DNA from: a virus | Strand: one strand, 5' to 3' | Virus record (IMG/VR): IMGVR_UViG_3300032073_000007 | Location: 1 to 64,000 of that record | Length of the DNA: 64,000 bases | Shown here: positions 17,585 to 27,002 of the stretch, piece by piece | Layout of the letters: every line of letters starts with the position of its first letter | Position numbering within the stretch: the first letter of the stretch is position 1 | Translations under genes and position numbers: made by a program | The notes under the pieces: model-generated | The model's database searches: none | Seen by the model: the letters and a program-made list of their open reading frames with translations, nothing else | Told to the model about the DNA's origin: nothing

Positions 17585-17613
17585 ATTATAGGTAACAGTT
17601 AAAGATTCTTCAA
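17585..17613 (-). promoter_or_regulatory. sigma70-type promoter of gmd
   Basis: TTGAAG-N17-TATAAT, 8 nt before the ATG. Confidence 0.65.
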
Positions 17614-17640
17614 GTTTAGTGATACTATGATTACAAGAAA

Positions 17641-18510
17641 TCATTTATTTTTTTCGTATAGGTTTATAATATTTTGAGCAACAGAAAATTTAGAGAATTT
17701 ATGCTGTATGACCGAAGATAAGTTTTTTAATATTTCAGTTTGGTAATCTTTGAAATTATTTAAAATATCTTTATACGTTTTTGTAATAGAATCCACATCT
17801 GGATCTGCCTTACAAAAGTCTGGGCAGAATTCTGAATTAGGATTATCCTTACAAACAAGAGGAACGGCCCCAGCCACCATAGCCTCTAGAGCAGGTAGGC
17901 CCAAACCTTCAAATTTAGAAGGCAATGCAACTACTTTGCTAGCGTTATAAAGTTGATTTAAAGATATATCATTTACTAAACCTAAGTAATTGCCTTTAGG
18001 AGATCCTCCTGCTGGTCCTACAATATAAGTATCAATATTCTTTAAAAGAAAAAATCTTTTATTTGGATCAAAATACCTACCCACATATAGGCAATTTATT
18101 TCTCTTGTTGCTTGAGGGTCAAACATTACATCCTTTATTGGATTAAGTATAACATTTGATTCAATCCCTATTTCACTTAGCTGATCCTTTACAGCAGGAC
18201 TGATACATGTGACTAAATCTGCATGAGACAACTGGTCTTTAAGTTTTTGAATTGGAAAATCTTTTATATGAGGAGGAATATCTAATACATTAAGAATCTT
18301 GAATCCTTTTTTCACTAATTTAAATCCACCTTCATAAAGTGCTGAATCTTTGTGTTCAGAATCAATATCTTCATAATCAAAATTATTTGCATAGATAAAG
18401 TCATAATCATTTCCTGTCACTACTTCGTGACCCAATCCTAAAAATCCTTGTTTTATTCTAGGAACTTGACACCAATATTCTTTAGCTCCATATATTTTTA
18501 CCTTGGCCAT
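17641..18510 (-). CDS. GT-B glycosyltransferase (GT4-like)
   Basis: YVGR..K and PSKFEGLGLPALEAM. Confidence 0.88.
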   Translation of the reverse strand: MAKVKIYGAKEYWCQVPRIKQGFLGLGHEVVTGNDYDFIYANNFDYEDIDSEHKDSALYEGGFKLVKKGFKILNVLDIPPHIKDFPIQKLKDQLSHADLVTCISPAVKDQLSEIGIESNVILNPIKDVMFDPQATREINCLYVGRYFDPNKRFFLLKNIDTYIVGPAGGSPKGNYLGLVNDISLNQLYNASKVVALPSKFEGLGLPALEAMVAGAVPLVCKDNPNSEFCPDFCKADPDVDSITKTYKDILNNFKDYQTEILKNLSSVIQHKFSKFSVAQNIINLYEKNK

Positions 18511-18515
18511 AGCGA

Positions 18516-19289
18516 TTAAATTCTTTTTACCTCTGGTTTTTTTTGATTAAATTTTGTAAAGAATTCCTCTCTGAATAAAAGCTTATTATTCTCTTCATCC
18601 CACTCATAAGAGCAAATTCCATTATATCTTTTTAGTTGATACTTTACTTTGGCTCTTAAGAATTCAGGAGAACCAATCCAAGAGTAATGATCTGGGAAGC
18701 ATTTATTTTTAGGTATCTCCGACATGCTTAAATTCTTATAATCAACAAGTTGATTATTAATATTGTATGCAACATCATTTTCATAATAAAAATGACTTAA
18801 AGATTTTTGACCATTGACATTTACTTTAAATATCCTAGGAGGATTAAAGTTATCTACATATTGTGATTTGGAAAAAACAAAGTTTTTAAAATTAACTTTA
18901 AATGTGCAAGTATCTGGGTTTTTTTCAATGTGTTCAATGCAATTTTTTATATCTTCTTCTGAATAAAACTCATCTTGATCAAGAAGCCAGATATAATCTA
19001 TATCATGCGAAAGAAGATGTTGCAAAGGAGCATTCCTCGAAAAAGAATCGTTTGACTCCTTCCCTAAACAGATGTAATCAACAAAATCTCTGTGGTAAGA
19101 TAAAAGTTGGATAGGGGTATCTATATCGTCACAGTTCCAGCCACATTCTACATATTCAGTATACTGATAACTAGATACAGCTACTTTATGTATATTAGGT
19201 ATTTGTTTCCAAGACTCTAGACATCTATCCGTATATTCTGGAAATCCGTAAAAATTACATAGTAAACCTATTTTCATATTTTTTCCCAA
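18516..19289 (-). CDS. GT-A glycosyltransferase (GT2-like)
   Basis: SRN..L..DYIWLLDQDE..PRIF. Confidence 0.8.
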   Translation of the reverse strand: MGKNMKIGLLCNFYGFPEYTDRCLESWKQIPNIHKVAVSSYQYTEYVECGWNCDDIDTPIQLLSYHRDFVDYICLGKESNDSFSRNAPLQHLLSHDIDYIWLLDQDEFYSEEDIKNCIEHIEKNPDTCTFKVNFKNFVFSKSQYVDNFNPPRIFKVNVNGQKSLSHFYYENDVAYNINNQLVDYKNLSMSEIPKNKCFPDHYSWIGSPEFLRAKVKYQLKRYNGICSYEWDEENNKLLFREEFFTKFNQKKPEVKRI

Positions 19290-20068
19290 AGTTGTAATCC
19301 ATGTTTAGTTCTACCTTTGGCTTTTAGCTCTTCTTCTGTAACATCGTGTGTATTAGTATCTCCTCCTGTCGCATCTACCCAAAAACTATGCCAGAACTTA
19401 TTGACTTTTAGTCTTTCTTTCAGATCAACGTATCCTAGATGATATACAAATGGCGCTCCACTAGCGCAATATTTAAGTGTGTTTTCTGCATCCCTAATAT
19501 CACAAAGAGGATAAGTTTGAAGTAATTCACCCTTGTCGTTAATAAGCTCATCAGTGCTTGTTTTATTATAATCAGGTCTTCCGTCTTCTTTAATGCCAAA
19601 GTTTACTGGACCTCTGTTAAGTCCTTTTTTGTGAATATACCATTTAGCACCAAAATCTATGTAATGATCATAATCTCCATAAAGATTTACTACAGGAACA
19701 AAAAAAGATGCATATTGATTAGACTGTAATAATTGTTGACCTAAATTTACGATAGTTTCTTTATCTCCCCCTAATCTTTCATCTAGATTCTGCTGAATCA
19801 TTAAATCTCCAGAACAAGCTTGTAATGCAGAATTTTCTGTTTTCCCATAACAGAAGGGATCATCATAAGGAATATCCACAGATACAACTTTTAAATTGTA
19901 TCCTTTTTCTTTCCCATATTCCCTAATTGCATCTTCAGTGTCATCTTTACTTTTATTAACCGCAATGCAAACCTCATCTGCATAAACAAACCAATTGTCC
20001 AATGCGTCTTTGTGGTTAAATGCTTTATCTAAAATGTTAAATGCTGTTGAATAAATACTAATTTTCAT
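19274..20068 (-). CDS. GT-A glycosyltransferase (GT2-like)
   Basis: KISIY, ADEV, NSALQACSGD..NLDER and YHLGY. Confidence 0.75.
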   Translation of the reverse strand: MKISIYSTAFNILDKAFNHKDALDNWFVYADEVCIAVNKSKDDTEDAIREYGKEKGYNLKVVSVDIPYDDPFCYGKTENSALQACSGDLMIQQNLDERLGGDKETIVNLGQQLLQSNQYASFFVPVVNLYGDYDHYIDFGAKWYIHKKGLNRGPVNFGIKEDGRPDYNKTSTDELINDKGELLQTYPLCDIRDAENTLKYCASGAPFVYHLGYVDLKERLKVNKFWHSFWVDATGGDTNTHDVTEEELKAKGRTKHGLQLWEKI

Positions 20069-20070
20069 TA

Positions 20071-20910
20071 TTAAAATTTAATTTTTTGAAAACAACTAAA
20101 GTCATGCTTATCTATGAAGCCAACTCTTTGATCTAAGATTTTATACCTATACCAATCATTTAAAAACTTGTCAAAGTTAATACATTCTTTCATATCATCT
20201 GTAAGATGTTTGCTAAAACAATCTTCTATAGACTTAATGTTAAATGGATCAAAACCTGATTCATAAATTTCTTTTATAAGTTTATTTCTGTTTTCATACC
20301 TTTTTTGAACTAATTCTCTTTGGCTTTCAAAGCCCAAAAAAAGGTGGTTGGTATTTGGTAAAAAATAATATTTAAAATTATGTTCTATAAAATGGTAAGG
20401 ATTATTTCTTCTTTCGGACCTTACATTTTTTTGATATTCTTCCTTCCAAAATGACTGATGAGATAATTCTATAGTTTTTGTGCATCCCTGAATCCCCTCA
20501 TGGGGATTATTCACAAATTCTGTTTGTTCATTTAATCTAAACAAAAATCTTTTGTTATGCAAATATACTCCATCTACGCCTACTTGATCTAAATTAGAAC
20601 AAAGTCCCTTTAGATTTTTTGTGAACTCAGGAGATAACCTTTCTAAAGTGTCTATAATTAGAAACCAATCCCCAACTTGCATTGAGCCTTGAAATAAACA
20701 ATGATTTCTGCTGAAGCTATATCTATTGCACCATTTAGTATAGATAATTTCTCCCTCTCCTTTTACACTTTCTAGATACTCTGCACCAGAATCTTTAGGG
20801 TAATGAAATGTCCAGATCAAACCGTGAAAGTCATCTTTAATAGGATCAATTAACTCACGAAGATCTTCTTCGTTACCATTTGATGTCATACCTGTAAGCC
20901 AAATCCTCAT
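20071..20910 (-). CDS. GT-A glycosyltransferase-like protein (GT2, degenerate DxD)
   Basis: YSFSRNHCL..GDWFLIIDTLER..RFLF..PHEG. Confidence 0.65.
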   Translation of the reverse strand: MRIWLTGMTSNGNEEDLRELIDPIKDDFHGLIWTFHYPKDSGAEYLESVKGEGEIIYTKWCNRYSFSRNHCLFQGSMQVGDWFLIIDTLERLSPEFTKNLKGLCSNLDQVGVDGVYLHNKRFLFRLNEQTEFVNNPHEGIQGCTKTIELSHQSFWKEEYQKNVRSERRNNPYHFIEHNFKYYFLPNTNHLFLGFESQRELVQKRYENRNKLIKEIYESGFDPFNIKSIEDCFSKHLTDDMKECINFDKFLNDWYRYKILDQRVGFIDKHDFSCFQKIKF

Positions 20911-21644
20911 CCTATTGTTTTTGAGTAAACTTGTTTAGGATTGAAAAATGAAAATGGTGTTTCGCAATCTGTCATTTTCTTTAATAGATAACCTGACAAA
21001 ATTTCGCAATGAATCTTACCCAACTTATCAAGATGTTTTTGAGCTTCCTTCCAAGCTGCAAATATTTGATCTGTTCTATTAATATTCGGTTGAAATGTAA
21101 ATGTAGGTCCATATTGAGTATAATGGATAGCTTGGGTAAGAATGTTATCATCTTCTACTAAATATGGCAAATCATCATCTTTAAATTCTTCTGCCCTATT
21201 AAACCTGACACAAATCTGTCTGGGGTTATTTTCTAGAAAATCTATAGATTTCCTAAAAGCATCTTCCAACGTTATTTGGTTTGTTTGAATTAGTTCATCG
21301 TCCTCTAACCAAAACGAATATTTTTGTTCTCTGATTATCGGATCAGAATAACTTTTAAATATATCTTTAAAATATCCAGCGGAATGAGTTAGATGATTTT
21401 CTGAGTGATGAACTATATTTTCTTTTGTCTCAATAACCCTTATATCTAGATCAGAACAAAAAGATTTTATTTCTTCCGCAATACTTTCCTCTCCATCTCT
21501 TGATTTTAGATGAAGAATCCTATTTTTAAATAAAGAGTGGTCTATCTTTTCATAGAGATTGTTGAGACAATCTTGATAAGTATGCTTACCACCATGACCC
21601 ATAGTGGTGCAAAAAACAATTAAATTGACAGGAAGTGTGGACAT
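20907..21644 (-). CDS. GT-A glycosyltransferase-like protein
   Basis: YSFWLEDD, VRFNR and FTFQP; cluster context. Confidence 0.55.
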   Translation of the reverse strand: MSTLPVNLIVFCTTMGHGGKHTYQDCLNNLYEKIDHSLFKNRILHLKSRDGEESIAEEIKSFCSDLDIRVIETKENIVHHSENHLTHSAGYFKDIFKSYSDPIIREQKYSFWLEDDELIQTNQITLEDAFRKSIDFLENNPRQICVRFNRAEEFKDDDLPYLVEDDNILTQAIHYTQYGPTFTFQPNINRTDQIFAAWKEAQKHLDKLGKIHCEILSGYLLKKMTDCETPFSFFNPKQVYSKTIG

Positions 21645-21712
21645 AAAACCTCTGGGCCTAGGGTGAGTAGACCCAGAGGTCCACTATGACCTCAAGGAAA
21701 TAATCCTCGACC
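21645..21712 (-). ncRNA. Candidate small structured RNA or attenuator leader
   Basis: Promoter TTGACA-N17-TACAAT (21747-21719), small hairpins, then a 12-bp GC-rich stem followed by TTTT. Confidence 0.45.
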
Positions 21713-21747
21713 TGTCCTATTGTAAGATAGTGACCATATTATGTCAA

Positions 21748-21861
21748 CTAATCTTCAATAATCTCTTCACTGATTTTACCTAAGATATAGGCTATAGTCT
21801 CATCAGTATAAAAATCAAGATCTTCGTCTTCCTCTTGTATTTCTGGTTCTAGGTCTGTCAT
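21748..21861 (-). CDS. 37-aa highly acidic peptide absent from the track
   Basis: MTDLEPEIQEEDEDLDFYTDETIAYILGKISEEIIED; GTGTAT 12 nt upstream. Confidence 0.55.
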   Translation of the reverse strand: MTDLEPEIQEEDEDLDFYTDETIAYILGKISEEIIED

Positions 21862-21899
21862 AGTGTAGACACTATACACACAAAAAATTATAAAAGGAA

Positions 21900-22463
21900 T
21901 TATTTCTCACATTTTAAATTATAGTCCTGCTGAGTAATTTTCTTAAAACCAAGATTAATTAAAAATCCTAACAAGCAATCTAGCTTTGGCCCATTTTGAA
22001 CAATCCCATCAGAATGAATATATTCAAAAGTAATCGAATTTAATTGATTAAAAAGTATATTTTCGATTGATAAAAGGTTTAAAAAGTCCAACCCCTCTGT
22101 ATCTACAATTAATGTATCAGTTTTTGGGTATTTTACAAGCAAGTTTGAAAGCGTTGTAGTTTTGCTCTGAAATGATTTTAAGTTCGAGTGATGGCAGTGA
22201 GCCGCTACAAAATCTGGATTTACAGAAGCCCAACTAGAGTCTTCCTTATTCTGTTCTTGGAATAGCTCTATTTCAACTCCTTTAATATCAACAGGTATAA
22301 CTGCGATAGTTTCAAAGAAAATGTGATTATAATCTTTATATCTTTCCTCTGCTTGTTTTATGCAGTTAGGATTAGCATCAATTAATACGGCACTTTCAGA
22401 TTTTTTAATTTGATCAGAATGCTCGTCTTTTCCAGTATGGCAGCCTACCTGTATAATATCCAT
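21900..22463 (-). CDS. FkbM-family SAM methyltransferase
   Basis: IQVGCHTG, IDANP, VDTEGLD and ITFE; promoter TTGTTC-N17-TATAAT 7 nt upstream. Confidence 0.85.
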   Translation of the reverse strand: MDIIQVGCHTGKDEHSDQIKKSESAVLIDANPNCIKQAEERYKDYNHIFFETIAVIPVDIKGVEIELFQEQNKEDSSWASVNPDFVAAHCHHSNLKSFQSKTTTLSNLLVKYPKTDTLIVDTEGLDFLNLLSIENILFNQLNSITFEYIHSDGIVQNGPKLDCLLGFLINLGFKKITQQDYNLKCEK

Positions 22464-22477
22464 TTAAGTTATTATAT

Positions 22478-24124
22478 TCAACCTTCGCAAGAAGAACAAT
22501 TTAAAATTGATCTAGCTAATTCTTGGCTGGGATTAGCACTCCTTTGGTAATAAAAACTTTTGACTCCCTGCTCCCAACCAAATATAAGCAATTCACTAAC
22601 TTGTTTAGGAGGGCATTTAGGAGAAATCATCACATTAAGACTTTGACCTTGGTCAATATATTTTTGTCTCTGTGCCGCTTGTATTACAATCTCTTTCTGA
22701 GAAATTTCACCAAACGTTTTAAATACGTCTTTTTCGTGATCTGACAAGAAATCCAAATGTTGGACTGATCCTCCTTTGATTAGAATTGATTTCCAAGTAG
22801 TGGCATTGTTTTTACCCTTCTCTTCAAGAAGTTCTTCAAGATGTGGGTTTTTATATGTAAATTTACCCTTGGCTAAATCTTTGGTGAAATAATTACTATT
22901 TAATGGCTCAATAGAAGGAGACACTTGACCAAGGATAAACGAACTAGATGTCGTAGGAGCAATCGCCATTGTGGTCATATTACGTCTTCCATAACCACGA
23001 AGATGTTCTGGCTCACCAAACTCTTCTGCAAGTTGTGATGTAGCTCTATCACAACGCTCTCTAATAATATTGTGAATTTCTGCATTTAAAAACTGAGCCT
23101 CAAGACCTTCAAAAGCAATATTTTTAGATTGTAGAAGAGAATGCCATCCAAGAACACCAAGACCTAAAGCTCTCTGCCTTTTAGCAAAATTATGACAGGA
23201 CTTCATAAAAGGAATATTTTCTGTTTTATAAATGTATTCCTCCATGACTGCATCCAGAAACTGAACAAGAGTTTCGACTGCATCAGTTTCTTTAATCTCA
23301 TCCCACCTAAGAAGATTTAGAGAAGATAAACAACAAACAAAAGATTCATCCTCTGATGAATGTAGAGCTATTTCACTGCAAAGATTAGAAGCGTGAATTT
23401 TTAGTTTTTTATCTTTATATGCTTGTGGGGCATCGTTGTTGGCGTTGTCTGAAAAAAATATGTATGGATATCCTGTCTCAAACCTTTTCTTTATAACACT
23501 CGCCCAAACTTTTCTTTTATCTTTATCTCCATCTACCATTGACTGCATCCACTTATCGTCGATGCAAACGGCAAATGACATTTCTTGTATAGGATTTCCT
23601 TCACTTCTAATTCTTAGAAATTCTTCAACATCAGGATGGTCTATAGGAAGATATGCAGCGAATGATCCTCTTCTTACATGACCTTGAGATACTATTGAGG
23701 CGACTTTATCGAAAAGCTCCATGAAGTAGACTGCCCCAGCAGAACTCCCTCCAACACTAATAGATTTTCCTCTGGCCCTAAGATCTCCAAAGTAACCAGA
23801 GGTTCCAGAACCGTGTTTTGTCTGCATCCCAACTTCCGCTTGTTTGTGAAGTATAGAATCCATTTTATCGCCAACATAAACACCATTACAAGAAATAGGC
23901 AATCCCCTGTCTCTACCAAAGTTAGACCAAACAGGACTAGCAAGAGAGTAGAATCCTCTCTTCATATATTCCTCAAATTTATCAGCGAATCCGCTCTGCC
24001 TTAAATATTTTTCAGCAGCCTCCGCAATTGATCTTATTCTTTTTTTAGGACTCTCTCCTTTTTGTAAGTAACCTCTTTCCAGAAATTGTTTGGAATCTTC
24101 GTTTAGCCAATAGTAGTCTTTCAT
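22478..24124 (-). CDS. nrdA: Class Ia ribonucleotide reductase alpha (short, no ATP cone)
   Basis: ISC, SNLCSEI, VCCL, APTTSS, DQGQS, YY and C-terminal CSSCEG. Confidence 0.95.
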   Translation of the reverse strand: MKDYYWLNEDSKQFLERGYLQKGESPKKRIRSIAEAAEKYLRQSGFADKFEEYMKRGFYSLASPVWSNFGRDRGLPISCNGVYVGDKMDSILHKQAEVGMQTKHGSGTSGYFGDLRARGKSISVGGSSAGAVYFMELFDKVASIVSQGHVRRGSFAAYLPIDHPDVEEFLRIRSEGNPIQEMSFAVCIDDKWMQSMVDGDKDKRKVWASVIKKRFETGYPYIFFSDNANNDAPQAYKDKKLKIHASNLCSEIALHSSEDESFVCCLSSLNLLRWDEIKETDAVETLVQFLDAVMEEYIYKTENIPFMKSCHNFAKRQRALGLGVLGWHSLLQSKNIAFEGLEAQFLNAEIHNIIRERCDRATSQLAEEFGEPEHLRGYGRRNMTTMAIAPTTSSSFILGQVSPSIEPLNSNYFTKDLAKGKFTYKNPHLEELLEEKGKNNATTWKSILIKGGSVQHLDFLSDHEKDVFKTFGEISQKEIVIQAAQRQKYIDQGQSLNVMISPKCPPKQVSELLIFGWEQGVKSFYYQRSANPSQELARSILNCSSCEG

Positions 24125-25095
24125 TAAAATAAATCTTCAGCGTCAAATGTTTGAGAGTTTTTAGCGTATTCTACAGGGCGCGTATGAAAAAAATCAGTAG
24201 CGTTATTCCCCAACAACTCTTCTTCGAACCAGATTGTATTGACCAACAATTGTTTGTCAACATCAAATGCCTTTTTAAAGCCAATTTGTTCTAATGACTC
24301 ATTGATTCTATTTTTAATAAATTCTTTCAAGATAGGTGCGCTAATGCCCTTCTCTCTATATCCATTAATCATCCAATCTACAATTTGAGATTCTGCCTTA
24401 AAAGCAGCTTGTGATTCTTCTAAGATTTTCTCCTCAAGACCATCATCGAAAAGTTCTGGATGCTCTTCTCTGATTGTGTTGATTATTTTGATGCCCGCTA
24501 AAGCATGGATATTTTCCTCATTCCTTGTATATTTAACCTGCTGCCCAGTATCCTTTAAGACGTTTCTATAGCGATTGAACCAGTTGATTACATAAAACTG
24601 GCTAAACAGAGACACGTTCTCTACAAAAAGAGTAAACAAAATTAGAGCATATACATACTGCTTTTTAGAATCTTTGTAGAACCTATGATTATATTTTCTA
24701 AGGTAATTTACTCTGCCCTCAATAAAATCTAGCTTGAGGTTCTGCTCAAACACATCCTCTAATCCCAACACTTTTAGTAATCTCTCATAGGCATTATTGT
24801 GAATAACTTCCACGTTTGCCATGACATATCCTAAATCCGTTAAACTGGGATGAGGAAGATTATCTCCTAATTTACTCCAAAATTTCTTTACAGCAACTTC
24901 AATTTGTCCAATTGCCGAGAGAGTCCTGATAATCATCTCTCTTTCGGTATCATTTAAATTTACGCTGAAATCCTGCACATCGCTGGTAAAGCTAAACTCT
25001 TTATCTGTCCAAAATCCATTATGCATAGCTTCAATAAATTCTTCTGCCCAAGGATAATGGTCTGGCTTTCTGGATATCTGTTCTTCAAAAATCAT
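24124..25095 (-). CDS. nrdB: Ribonucleotide reductase beta
   Basis: QIE, EVIHNNAY, VENVSLFSQF, EENIH and DFF. Confidence 0.95.
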   Translation of the reverse strand: MIFEEQISRKPDHYPWAEEFIEAMHNGFWTDKEFSFTSDVQDFSVNLNDTEREMIIRTLSAIGQIEVAVKKFWSKLGDNLPHPSLTDLGYVMANVEVIHNNAYERLLKVLGLEDVFEQNLKLDFIEGRVNYLRKYNHRFYKDSKKQYVYALILFTLFVENVSLFSQFYVINWFNRYRNVLKDTGQQVKYTRNEENIHALAGIKIINTIREEHPELFDDGLEEKILEESQAAFKAESQIVDWMINGYREKGISAPILKEFIKNRINESLEQIGFKKAFDVDKQLLVNTIWFEEELLGNNATDFFHTRPVEYAKNSQTFDAEDLF

Positions 25096-25104
25096 CTTGT
25101 AATG

Positions 25105-25139
25105 TTACACATGTTAGGTCTGGGATAGAAGTGAGTCAA
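25105..25139 (-). promoter_or_regulatory. Tandem sigma70 promoter and GTGTAA motif upstream of nrdB
   Basis: TTGACT-N17-TAACAT, immediately followed by GTGTAA 9 nt before the ATG. Confidence 0.55.
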
Positions 25140-25183
25140 TGCCTTTTATGGAAAAAAAGAGCTGGGCTCATTAAATTAATATG

Positions 25184-25249
25184 AACGTATAGGTAACGTA
25201 TGGAATATTATTTTAATACGTTAAGGATACGCTCGTATCCCATACGCTC
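25184..25249. repeat. Cluster of six ATACG/CGTAT repeats at the transcription divergence point (ori candidate)
   Basis: AACGTAT x2, AT-rich gap, ATACGTT, palindrome GGATACG-ct-CGTATCC, then ATACGCTC. Confidence 0.6.
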
Positions 25250-25328
25250 AATTTTTGTAATTTGGCGTTTTTTTTTGGGGTGTCAAGAAAAAAAAGTTGA
25301 TTTTTCTGATTTTTCTGTTATATTAGGG

Positions 25329-25928
25329 ATGTTGATTGAAGATCTCACAGATTCTGCTCTTGCAAACTTGATCAAAGCGTCTAATAACGAGGATGCTTTG
25401 GATGAATTGATCTCTAGGCATTCTGGAATTTATGTAGATATGCTTAAGAAATTTGGCATGAACTGCTTGACTCAAAATCAAGTATCCGACATTATGAAGG
25501 ACAAAGATTATGTGATTTATAAAGCAGCTTTGGAATATGATGAGTCAAAGGCAAAGTTCTCTACCCATCTAGCTAATAAAACAAAATATATGTGTCTTAC
25601 CCAAAAGACTAAAAACAAAAATAGTAGAATTGCTGCTAATTTTGAAGATATTAAATTTTGCAAAAAAGACAAATCATATACTCCAGATGAAGAGTGCGAT
25701 ATCAATGATTCATTTACAAGAATTATCAATCTTATAAATAAGCATAAAGACAAAAGATTGAAAACGATATTCCACGAAAGATACTTTTGTGGAAGACGAG
25801 GCAAATTAAAACCTTGGAAAGAGGTGGCAAGGAAATTAAACTTGTCAGCGCAGGGTTGCATTAACATACACAACAAAGCGGTAAAAGAAATTAATTCAAA
25901 AATAGAAAATGAAAAAATTAAATTTTGA
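25329..25928 (+). CDS. RNA polymerase sigma70-family factor
   Basis: DALDELISRH; KAALEYDESKAKFSTHL (region 2); WKEVARKLNLS (region 4 HTH). Start taken at MLIED. Confidence 0.85.
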   Translation: MLIEDLTDSALANLIKASNNEDALDELISRHSGIYVDMLKKFGMNCLTQNQVSDIMKDKDYVIYKAALEYDESKAKFSTHLANKTKYMCLTQKTKNKNSRIAANFEDIKFCKKDKSYTPDEECDINDSFTRIINLINKHKDKRLKTIFHERYFCGRRGKLKPWKEVARKLNLSAQGCINIHNKAVKEINSKIENEKIKF

Positions 25929-26997
25929 TGGCCCAATTAATTCTCTAAGCCTAGGGAATGTCTCTGTTAATTTCTTAAGAGAATTACAAAACAAAGATAT
26001 TGATCTAGCTTTATTCCCAGTAGGAGAAAAAGGAGAGTTTGATGCTTACGACAAAATAGACGAAGACTTTAGAAAGTGGGTTGGATATAATGCAAACCAT
26101 AGACTAAAAAAGCTTGATCCAGAAACCCCAAGTTTAAAAGTTTGGCATATCAATGGTTCAGAAAAAATGTTACCTAATCAATATCTATATACTTTTTATG
26201 AAGTTGATTCCCCTACCGAAGAGGAAATAAATATTGTAAACATACAAAAACACGTTTTCTTTTCTTCCTCTGAATCTGCCGAAATTTTCAAAGCAAAAGG
26301 ATGTAATAATGTGTCTTACATACCTTTAGGATTTGACCCAGATTTTCATACAATTGAAAAAGAATACCTAAAAGATACAGTCCATTTTGGACTAATTGGC
26401 AAGTTTGAACGAAGAAAGAATACACAAGCTATCATACAACTTTGGTTGCAAAAATTTGGAAATAATCCAAAATATCAACTTAGCTGCTTGGTTACAAATC
26501 CCTTTCTAGAACAAGAACAGATGGATTCTGCTATTCAAGCTTCTTTCGGAGGACAGAATTGGTCTAACGTAAATCTACTGCCTCATTTAAAAACCAATTC
26601 AGAAGTTAATGATTTTATAAATTCTATTGATATAGATTTATCTGGACTGTCAAATGGAGAAGGATGGAACTTGCCTTCTTTTAACGCTACTGCCTTGGGC
26701 AAATGGTCAATTGTCAGCAATTGTTCCGCTCACAAAGATTGGGCCACTGAAGAAAATAGCATATTGGTAGATCCTATCGGTAAACAACCTTGTTATGACA
26801 ATTTTTTCTTTAGAGAGGGAGCATCGTTTAATCAGGGAGAATACTATAAGTTGAGTGGTGATGATATTTTAGAAGCATTCGATAAAGCTGTTGAAAAAGC
26901 GGGACAACTTAACACAGAAGGGACAAAATTGCGGGACAAATTTACATATTCTAAAACAGTTGATTCTATTTTAGACCGTATATACAGCGATTTTTAA
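25909..26997 (+). CDS. GT-B glycosyltransferase (GT4-like)
   Basis: GKFERRKN and SNGEGWNLPSFNA..LGK. Confidence 0.85.
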   Translation: MKKLNFDGPINSLSLGNVSVNFLRELQNKDIDLALFPVGEKGEFDAYDKIDEDFRKWVGYNANHRLKKLDPETPSLKVWHINGSEKMLPNQYLYTFYEVDSPTEEEINIVNIQKHVFFSSSESAEIFKAKGCNNVSYIPLGFDPDFHTIEKEYLKDTVHFGLIGKFERRKNTQAIIQLWLQKFGNNPKYQLSCLVTNPFLEQEQMDSAIQASFGGQNWSNVNLLPHLKTNSEVNDFINSIDIDLSGLSNGEGWNLPSFNATALGKWSIVSNCSAHKDWATEENSILVDPIGKQPCYDNFFFREGASFNQGEYYKLSGDDILEAFDKAVEKAGQLNTEGTKLRDKFTYSKTVDSILDRIYSDF

Positions 26998-27002
26998 ATG
27001 GC

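Noticed and set aside
25200-25328. N-terminal extension of the sigma factor given in the track
   Set aside because: It crosses the repeat and promoter region and looks non-coding; MLIED at 25329 is the more plausible start
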